Source: Staphylococcus sp. CAG:324 (GTDB taxonomy: Bacteria > Bacillota_I > Bacilli_A > ML615J-28 > CAG-313). From it: a stretch of 64,000 nt of DNA. The notes under the pieces were generated by a model, which did not search any database, was not told the origin of the DNA, and saw only the letters and a list, made by a program, of their open reading frames with translations. The translations under genes were made by a program, and so were the position numbers. Positions within the stretch are counted from its first letter, which is position 1. Each line of letters starts with the position of its first letter. Shown in pieces: positions 57,352 to 64,000 of this stretch. The stretch covers positions 525-64,524 of the forward strand of contig FR890808.1 in NCBI GenBank assembly GCA_000433035.1, given 5' to 3'.

Positions 57352-58006
57352 TGCCTTTTTCCAATTCCTTGATACCTTTTTTTACAAAACCAGTGTATAT
57401 ACAAATGATACTAGATATAATCATATATGCACAACTAATAGCAGGTACAGGAGAGATTTCAACAAATATTCGAGAAGGGTAATTCGTATCAGTAATTGAG
57501 GTTATATTTTCATTGATATCTTTGAGAGGTTCGATTGCTTGATCAAACATGACTTGTAAATCATTGCTATAACTAGCCATAAATGATATTGTTGAAATAG
57601 CAACAACCAACAAAACTACAGATGACAAAATACTCATAATAAAACTTACCTTTGCATTATTAACTAGTTTAAACAATACTAATCCATATGCAAGTACTTG
57701 GGCTAAATAAAGAAATAAAAAACGAATATCTTTACTAACAGGAACAAAATTAGTACTTTCATTATTCTCCCCTATACCAAAGGCCATATTTGCAAATGTA
57801 ATCTTTGAATTAATTTCAATCAATTGATTGATTGACTCTTCACCATTTTCAGTGATTCTCTCATATATTTTTCCTCTACAAACATAAGTTGAAGAAAAAA
57901 TTAATAAAATCGTAATAATCGCACATATTACAATAACAAAATCTAAAATCTTTATTCTTGATTTTGCTTTATTAATTGTATGTAATTTTTCTAAATTCTT
58001 TTTCAT
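57335..58006 (-). CDS. Polytopic membrane protein, unknown function
   Basis: RBS AGGTGA. About four hydrophobic segments. Confidence 0.6.
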   Translation of the reverse strand: MKKNLEKLHTINKAKSRIKILDFVIVICAIITILLIFSSTYVCRGKIYERITENGEESINQLIEINSKITFANMAFGIGENNESTNFVPVSKDIRFLFLYLAQVLAYGLVLFKLVNNAKVSFIMSILSSVVLLVVAISTISFMASYSNDLQVMFDQAIEPLKDINENITSITDTNYPSRIFVEISPVPAISCAYMIISSIICIYTGFVKKGIKELEKGNEKNK

Positions 58007-58073
58007 ATTATCACCTTTATAAAATATATAACATTATAACACTAATTTTTGCTCTTGTCAAATTTTAAATATA

Positions 58074-58101
58074 TTGACATTTTATTAAAGATGAGTATAA
58101 T
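58074..58101 (+). promoter_or_regulatory. Sigma-A type promoter of the 120-aa membrane protein gene
   Basis: TTGACA (58074-58079), 16 nt spacer, TATAAT (58096-58101). Confidence 0.55.
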
Positions 58102-58125
58102 ATAAGAAAGGAGAAAACTAAAATA

Positions 58126-58488
58126 ATGAATGAAGATAAAATAATTATCGATGAAAATAAAGAAAATATCCGTTATCACCATCGAAAAAAGCGTAGTAAA
58201 ATAGCAAAAAAAATTTCATCCGTAACACCATTACTTGCTATTGTTTCCTTTTTAGCATTAGGTTTCTGTTTAAATGCTTGGCATCCTGGATGGGTTGTTT
58301 TCTTAGCTATTCCTCTTGTTGAATTAATCTTGGGAGTTTTTACCAAGGAAGGCAAAGCCAAATATGTTACAATATCTATTGTTATAAGCATTATCGGCTA
58401 TTTAATATTAGGTTTTTGTTTAGATGCTTGGCATCCTGGATGGTTGATTTTCTTTATTGTACCAATTGTTGGCGTTTTAGTAGAATAA
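58126..58488 (+). CDS. Small membrane protein with an internal duplication (LGFCL-x-AWHPGW motif twice)
   Basis: RBS AAAGGAGAA. Two homologous two-TM halves. Confidence 0.65.
   Translation: MNEDKIIIDENKENIRYHHRKKRSKIAKKISSVTPLLAIVSFLALGFCLNAWHPGWVVFLAIPLVELILGVFTKEGKAKYVTISIVISIIGYLILGFCLDAWHPGWLIFFIVPIVGVLVE
58258..58293 (+). repeat. Intragenic direct repeat, copy 1
   Basis: ttaggtttctgtttaaatgcttggcatcctggatgg is 34/36 identical to copy 2, which lies 150 nt downstream. Confidence 0.9.
58408..58443 (+). repeat. Intragenic direct repeat, copy 2
   Basis: ttaggtttttgtttagatgcttggcatcctggatgg. Confidence 0.9.
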
Positions 58489-58494
58489 AAAACA

Positions 58495-58716
58495 TTTGAT
58501 ATGGATTAGTAACACCAAAATTTCTAGTTAAGTGAACGATAGATAGTGTAAACATCGTCTAGAAATTGTGTGAATGGACCATTGATGTGAAAAGAGGAAA
58601 TGCTTTTCCGATTCAGCCGCGTTAAGGCTATCGAGGATATAAAATGATATTTTATATTAAAAAAAGGTGGTACCACGAAACTTCGTCCTTTACTTTGGAT
58701 GAAGTTTTTTATTTTT
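58495..58716 (+). promoter_or_regulatory. T-box leader (Trp, specifier UGG) controlling trpS
   Basis: Stem I base AATTTCTAG/CTAGAAATT. Specifier GAA-UGG-A at 58575-58577. T-box GGTGGTACCACG at 58666-58677. Terminator ACTTCGTCC...GGATGAAGT plus a T-run. Confidence 0.9.
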
Positions 58717-58739
58717 ATATATAATAAGGAGGATTTTTT

Positions 58740-59738
58740 ATGAAAACAATTATATCTGGTGTTCAACCATCTGGACGCCTCACTTTAGGAAATTATCTTG
58801 GTGCTATTAAAAATTTTGTTACAATTCAAGAAAATGAAAAATATGATGAATTTTTCGTTTTTATTGCAGACTTGCATGCAATAACAATTGCTAAAGAACC
58901 AATTACACTAAAACAGAGTATTCGAAAACTTGCAGCATTATATTTGGCTTGTGGACTAAATCCTGAAAAAGTAACCCTTTTTATCCAATCGGAAGTTCAT
59001 GAACATGCAGAAATCGGTTATTTATTGCAAACTATCTCATATATAGGTGAACTTGAGAGAATGACACAATATAAAGACAAAAAAATAAAACAAATCGAAG
59101 GCGTTTCTAGTGCCCTATTGACCTATCCTGTTTTAATGGCTGGCGATATTCTTTTATATAATGCAAGTGATGTGCCCGTAGGACAAGATCAAAAACAACA
59201 TCTAGAACTAACCAGAGTAATAGCCGAAAGATTTAATAATCGATTTGGAGAAACTTTTCCTATTCCTAAACCTATTATTACAAAAATTGGTGCTAAAATT
59301 ATGTCATTGCAAGATCCAACTAAAAAAATGTCAAAATCTGATCCACTTGAAAAATCATCAATTTATTTAGATGATTCGGAAAAGATAATTCGGAAAAAAA
59401 TTGCTAGTGCAGTGACGGATAGTGATGGTATTATAAAATTTGATCCAATTCATAAACCAGGTATTTCAAATTTATTATCTATTATGTCTTGTTGTACAGG
59501 AAGAACAATAGAAACTTTAGAACAAGATTTTAAAGGCATTGGCTATGGTGAATTTAAACAAGCAGTTGCCGATAGTGTTGTAAACTTAATTATCCCTATC
59601 CAACAAAAATATGAATACTTCTTAAATAATAAAGAATTACTAGATAAAATTTTAGATGATGGTGCGCTAAAAGCTTCCTCTTATGCTAGAAAAACCATTT
59701 CTAAAGTGAAAAGAAAAATGGGTCTTATAAGAAAATAA
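58740..59738 (+). CDS. trpS: Tryptophan--tRNA ligase
   Basis: Class I motifs: GVQPSG..TLGNYLG (HIGH region) and KMSKS. RBS AAGGAGGA. Confidence 0.97.
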   Translation: MKTIISGVQPSGRLTLGNYLGAIKNFVTIQENEKYDEFFVFIADLHAITIAKEPITLKQSIRKLAALYLACGLNPEKVTLFIQSEVHEHAEIGYLLQTISYIGELERMTQYKDKKIKQIEGVSSALLTYPVLMAGDILLYNASDVPVGQDQKQHLELTRVIAERFNNRFGETFPIPKPIITKIGAKIMSLQDPTKKMSKSDPLEKSSIYLDDSEKIIRKKIASAVTDSDGIIKFDPIHKPGISNLLSIMSCCTGRTIETLEQDFKGIGYGEFKQAVADSVVNLIIPIQQKYEYFLNNKELLDKILDDGALKASSYARKTISKVKRKMGLIRK

Positions 59739-59795
59739 ATGAAAAGACATTAGTTCTAAACTTTTCTTTTGAAAATGTTTAGCTAATGTCTTTTT

Positions 59796-61205
59796 TTAAT
59801 CAATAATTTTTCCAGGATTTAAAATATGATGAGGATCAAAAACATCCTTAATACCTTGCATTAATTTAACTTGATTTGTACCTAAAAGTTCTTTCATATA
59901 AACTTTTTTGGCAAAACCAATTCCATGTTCACCAGAAACAAGACCACCTACTTCTTTAGCTTTTTGATACATATCATTAAATATATCATTTAATTTTTCA
60001 GCAAATACCTCATCTGAATAATTATCTTTACAAATATAGATGTGTAAATTTCCATCTCCTGCATGACCAAATGATGGAATCCTTATTTGGTATGTTTTTG
60101 CCAACTCATATGTAAATTTTATATAATTAGCAATTTCACTGCGAGGAACCACAACATCACATTCATCCATTTGAGTTGTAGAGGCTTTAATTGCTTCTAA
60201 AAAAGCTCCTCGTGCTTTCCAAACTGATTCTTTTCTTTCTTCTGTATCAACAATAAATACATCTGTTGCTCCCAATTTTTCTAAACATATATCTGCCGCA
60301 ACTTGATAATTATATTTTAATTCTTCCTTATTTTTACCTTCAAAAGTAAGTAAAATATAAGAATCACTTTTAGTATCAGGAAATTTTTTCCCTAAAAATT
60401 CTTCCGCAAATAATATTGTATTTCTTTCAAAAAATTCAATTGCAGTTGGTGATACTTTGGCTTTAATTATTTCAGGAACAGCATCTAATCCCTCTTGTTC
60501 AGTTTTAAAAGGAACTAATAAACTAATACTTTCAACTGGTTTCGGTTCTAATTTCAAAATCGCTTTTGTGATAATTCCTAATGTCCCCTCACTACCAATC
60601 ATAAGCTGTTTTAGAGGATATCCTGTTGAATCTTTTACAACCTTTCGTCCAAACCATTCAATATCACCATTAGGTAAAACGACTTCTATAGCCCTAACCC
60701 AATCTCTTGTAACACCATATTTAACAGCACGCATACCACCAGCATTAGTTGCAATATTTCCTCCAATTGTTGCACTTTTTTCTCCAGGATCTGGTGCATA
60801 AAAATATCCTTTGGGTTCTACATAATCATATATTTCCATTAAAAGTACCCCAGGCTCTACCGTTAGAGTCAAATTTGCTTCATCTAGTTCAAGAATTTTA
60901 TTCATTTTTGAAGTATTAATAATGATACCACCATATAAAGGAACACAAGCCCCAACAAGACCTGTACCGCTACCTCGTACTACTACTGGAATATAATGTT
61001 CATTGGCATATTTCATTATTTTTGATATTTCTTGTGTATTTTTAACATAAAGCATTACTTCTGGTTTTCCCGTAACTGTACCTAACTCATCTTTTGTAAA
61101 ATCTTCAGAAATATTTGTTCCCCAAATCAAATCTTCTTCACTAACAATTGTTTTCAAATAGTCTAAATCTTCTTGATTGATTTTATTATATTTTATGTTT
61201 TTCAT
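59796..61205 (-). CDS. FAD-linked oxidase (GlcD/LctD-like lactate or glycolate dehydrogenase)
   Basis: FAD_binding_4 N-terminus ([12 protein letters not shown]) and C-terminal GEHGIG motif. RBS AGGAGGA. Immediately downstream of etfBA. Confidence 0.88.
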   Translation of the reverse strand: MKNIKYNKINQEDLDYLKTIVSEEDLIWGTNISEDFTKDELGTVTGKPEVMLYVKNTQEISKIMKYANEHYIPVVVRGSGTGLVGACVPLYGGIIINTSKMNKILELDEANLTLTVEPGVLLMEIYDYVEPKGYFYAPDPGEKSATIGGNIATNAGGMRAVKYGVTRDWVRAIEVVLPNGDIEWFGRKVVKDSTGYPLKQLMIGSEGTLGIITKAILKLEPKPVESISLLVPFKTEQEGLDAVPEIIKAKVSPTAIEFFERNTILFAEEFLGKKFPDTKSDSYILLTFEGKNKEELKYNYQVAADICLEKLGATDVFIVDTEERKESVWKARGAFLEAIKASTTQMDECDVVVPRSEIANYIKFTYELAKTYQIRIPSFGHAGDGNLHIYICKDNYSDEVFAEKLNDIFNDMYQKAKEVGGLVSGEHGIGFAKKVYMKELLGTNQVKLMQGIKDVFDPHHILNPGKIID

Positions 61206-61213
61206 AAATCCTC

Positions 61214-62425
61214 CTATATTAAACCCTTATCCTTTTTTATATTGGAAATTAAACAAGGAACAACTTTATAAATATCACCTACAATACCATAGTGTGATAC
61301 ATCAAAAATAGCTGCTGAAGGATTATCATTCACCGAAATAATCAACTCACTACCATTCATACCAGCAGTATACTGAACAGCCCCACTTATTCCTAAATTG
61401 ATGATTAATTTAGGTGCAACGGTTCTACCACTTAATCCGATTTGAAATTTGGCATCTTTCCATCCTGCCTCAATTAAAGGTCTTGTTACAGCGACCACGC
61501 CACCAAGAAGATCTGCCAGTTCTTCAGCCATTTGTAAATCTTCTTTAGATTTAAAAGCCCTTCCACATGCTATGATAATATCTGCTTCAGAAATATCTGT
61601 TACCTTCTCTTTTTCTTTAATATCAATTGTTTTAATATTACTACTCATATCTAGTTTATCAACGTCCATATAAACTTTTTCACCAAAAGGCGTAACTTTA
61701 TTAGGTTTTTTAAAAATCTTATAGCGAACTGTAGCCATTTGAGGACGGTTATTCGGACAAATAATTTGAGCCATGACATTTCCACCAAAAGCTGGTCGAA
61801 CCTGAATCAAATCTGTATTTTCTTTGATTCCAAGCATTGTACAATCAGCAGTTAAACCAGTTCTAAAATGTGCTGCTATTCTTGGGGCAAGACTTCTACC
61901 AAGTGAAGTTCCGCCATATAAAACAACGGTCGGATGAATTTTATTGATAAAATCTTCAAGACACCTAGCATATCGTTCCATATTGAATTTTTCATATTCT
62001 GGACTCTCATAAATAAATACTTTGTCTACTCCATACTCTAAAATTTCCATCAGATATGCATCATTCTTTTTCTTAGAACCAATTAAAATAGCATAAACGG
62101 GGTGCTTGATTACCTCCGCAAGTTCTTTCGCTTTTCCAATTAGTTCAAATGATACAGGATGAACACCATCTAAATCCGTTTCAATGAAGACACTAATACC
62201 CCGCCATAAGTTTTTATCAATCTTAGGAGTTGAATCTTTTTCAATACTTTCTGTTACTAATCCATTTGGTCCTTTTTTTACACACAAACCACAATTTTTA
62301 CATCCAGCTGTAAAATTTAGTTTCCCATCAACATACTCAAGCCCACCAAAAGGACACACTTTCATCACTGCCTCAGCAGTTTGATGATTAACCTTTTCTT
62401 GATTTATTACTAACTTTTTAGCCAT
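61214..62425 (-). CDS. etfA: Electron transfer flavoprotein alpha subunit with an N-terminal ferredoxin-like domain
   Basis: N-terminal CPFGG...CKNCGLC. C-terminal ETF-alpha FAD-binding motif ([13 protein letters not shown]). Confidence 0.9.
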   Translation of the reverse strand: MAKKLVINQEKVNHQTAEAVMKVCPFGGLEYVDGKLNFTAGCKNCGLCVKKGPNGLVTESIEKDSTPKIDKNLWRGISVFIETDLDGVHPVSFELIGKAKELAEVIKHPVYAILIGSKKKNDAYLMEILEYGVDKVFIYESPEYEKFNMERYARCLEDFINKIHPTVVLYGGTSLGRSLAPRIAAHFRTGLTADCTMLGIKENTDLIQVRPAFGGNVMAQIICPNNRPQMATVRYKIFKKPNKVTPFGEKVYMDVDKLDMSSNIKTIDIKEKEKVTDISEADIIIACGRAFKSKEDLQMAEELADLLGGVVAVTRPLIEAGWKDAKFQIGLSGRTVAPKLIINLGISGAVQYTAGMNGSELIISVNDNPSAAIFDVSHYGIVGDIYKVVPCLISNIKKDKGLI

Positions 62426-62433
62426 TCTATCAC

Positions 62434-63222
62434 CTATATATATTTTTTATCCTTCAATATTTTTGTAAGACAATCTACTTGCTCATCTAATGAACCTTTA
62501 ATAACAATTTTGTCCGTATTTTTTGCTGGTGGAAACATCTTTTCAACTTGTGTTGGAGAACCTTTTAAACCATAGTGAGATTCATCTTGATCAATTACAT
62601 CTAAAAAAGTTACAACAGGAATCTCAATGTTTTGGAAATCCTTTCCCCTTTTATAAGACGGCAATCTAGGCGTAATATGGCCTTTATCAACAGTAATTAG
62701 ACAAGGGAATTTTACCTCATATGTTTCAATCGTTTTATCCATTTGGGCTCTTACTACAATGGAGTTTTCCTTTATTTCTAATACTTTTTCAACATAAGCA
62801 ATATGCGGAATCTGAAGATATTCAGCCATCTCCGCTCCTACTTGAGCAGTATCGCCATCTGTTGTTTGTTTACCACATATAATTAAATCAAAATCACCTA
62901 ATTTTTTAATTCCCTGACTAATAGTATATGCAGTAGCAACCACATCTGCTCCGCCAAATTTTCTATCACTGATTAGCAATGCCTCATCACATCCCATCCA
63001 AAGAGATTCTTCTAAAACGGCTTTTGCAGGACCTGGTCCCATTGAAATAGTTTTAATAGTAGCACCATTTTGTTCTTTAATTCTGAGAGCTGTTTCAATT
63101 CCATATAAATCATATGGATTCATCTTTGTATTGTTTCCATCTCTAATCAGTACTCCTGTTACAGGATCAATTTTTACATCTGAAGATGCAGGAACCTGCT
63201 TTATACATACAACAATATTCAT
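62434..63222 (-). CDS. etfB: Electron transfer flavoprotein beta subunit
   Basis: MNIVVCIKQVP...MNPYD and ICGKQTTDGDTAQVG. Confidence 0.92.
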   Translation of the reverse strand: MNIVVCIKQVPASSDVKIDPVTGVLIRDGNNTKMNPYDLYGIETALRIKEQNGATIKTISMGPGPAKAVLEESLWMGCDEALLISDRKFGGADVVATAYTISQGIKKLGDFDLIICGKQTTDGDTAQVGAEMAEYLQIPHIAYVEKVLEIKENSIVVRAQMDKTIETYEVKFPCLITVDKGHITPRLPSYKRGKDFQNIEIPVVTFLDVIDQDESHYGLKGSPTQVEKMFPPAKNTDKIVIKGSLDEQVDCLTKILKDKKYI

Positions 63223-63236
63223 TTTATCACCTATCC

Positions 63237-63980
63237 TTATTTTTTATTAATAAACTCCATTACTTTTTCATTTAATATTTTTCGATAACTTACTTTAGTA
63301 TAGCAATGCTCTGATCCATCAATTAATACATATTCACTATTCGGATATAATTCATCATATTTTTTACTATACATTGGAGGTACTGATTGATCAGCCCCAC
63401 CTTGAACAATTAATACCGGAAGTTCAAAAGTTTCTATATCTTTATATATATCATACCCTTCAAAAGCTTTATCCATTTTTATATTCATATAATAACCACC
63501 CATATCAATATTGCCATTCTCATCAATAAAATGATTTTCAAAACGACCATGTATCAATTTAGCAATATTTCCAGCTGGTGATAATAGAATTAGCTTAGTG
63601 ATATACTCCTTCATTTCAAGCGAAATACGACTTGCAACAGCCCCTCCCATAGAAAAACCCAATAATATTATCTTTCTGTTATTATTTAATCTAAATGCCT
63701 CTTCGATAATATGTTTAGCGTCTTCTAATTCCGTAAAAAAGGTAAAATCTTCAAAATTTCCATCACTTTCTCCACTACCCATAAAATCATATCTTAAAGT
63801 AGCAATTTGATTATCCGTTAATGTCTGAGTAAGTTGCTTAAATAAATACCCATTTTCATTTTTGTGACCAGTAAATCCATGCAACATGACAACAAGATCT
63901 TTATACTCTGATTCTGGTTTGGAAAATAACCCTCTTAAGGTATATCCATTTGAAATTAATTCACGAAATTCAATTTTCAT
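63237..63980 (-). CDS. Alpha/beta hydrolase
   Basis: Nucleophile elbow GFSMGG, HGFTG oxyanion region and C-terminal His (GSEHCY). Confidence 0.85.
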   Translation of the reverse strand: MKIEFRELISNGYTLRGLFSKPESEYKDLVVMLHGFTGHKNENGYLFKQLTQTLTDNQIATLRYDFMGSGESDGNFEDFTFFTELEDAKHIIEEAFRLNNNRKIILLGFSMGGAVASRISLEMKEYITKLILLSPAGNIAKLIHGRFENHFIDENGNIDMGGYYMNIKMDKAFEGYDIYKDIETFELPVLIVQGGADQSVPPMYSKKYDELYPNSEYVLIDGSEHCYTKVSYRKILNEKVMEFINKK

Positions 63981-64000
63981 TTTTATTCCCCATATTTTCT

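Noticed and set aside
58524-58766. 80-aa minus-strand ORF.
   Set aside because: It lies antisense to the trpS T-box leader and the trpS start. The T-box features fully explain the region.
1-64000. I looked for CRISPR arrays, IS or transposase genes, integrases, prophage genes, rRNA, and signs of an alternative genetic code (TGA as Trp).
   Set aside because: I saw no regularly spaced direct repeats and no transposase, integrase or phage-like ORFs. TGA terminates several well-conserved genes (for example parA and the hydrogenase-like gene), and Trp is encoded by TGG. The standard code therefore applies.

Overview
This is a 64-kb chromosomal window from a very AT-rich Bacillota genome. It uses the standard genetic code: TGG encodes Trp and TGA is used as a stop. 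The gene content points to an Erysipelotrichia-like, Mollicutes-related lineage that may form spores. The evidence is spoIIE, a CotD-like gene, Mollicutes-style insertions in the Opp transporter, and AddAB.

I support about 59 CDS, of which only 8 are on the + strand, plus a 3-tRNA operon (Leu-Asp-Phe) and two T-box leaders (pheST and trpS).

The content is mostly core housekeeping:
- rpsD, tpiA-pgk, addAB, the mnmG-rsmG-parA-DUF951 block, pduL, rimO, efp, ispH, pheST and clpP
- an rluA-family gene, relQ, a CYTH gene and spx
- oppABCDF and trpS
- an EtfAB plus FAD-oxidase (LctBCD-like) module

Interspersed are large surface lipoprotein enzymes: a metallophosphoesterase, a phosphodiester glycosidase and a GH18 enzyme.

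No CRISPR array, rRNA, transposase or prophage is visible.

The most unusual locus is 25562-28611. It holds a cysteine-less [FeFe]-hydrogenase homologue whose stop overlaps the start of a DUF2779 protein. By motif, the DUF2779 protein reads as a PD-(D/E)XK/Cas4-like Fe-S nuclease fused to a DEDDy exonuclease. Short Cys-rich ORFs lie nearby.

Other points of interest:
- a DUF1538/PII/PII operon behind a promoter-plus-terminator leader
- parA without parB
- an AddB with no P-loop
- Opp proteins with large insertions
- a 438-bp ORF-free gap upstream of spoIIE

All functional calls rest on motif recognition by eye. No database search was possible.
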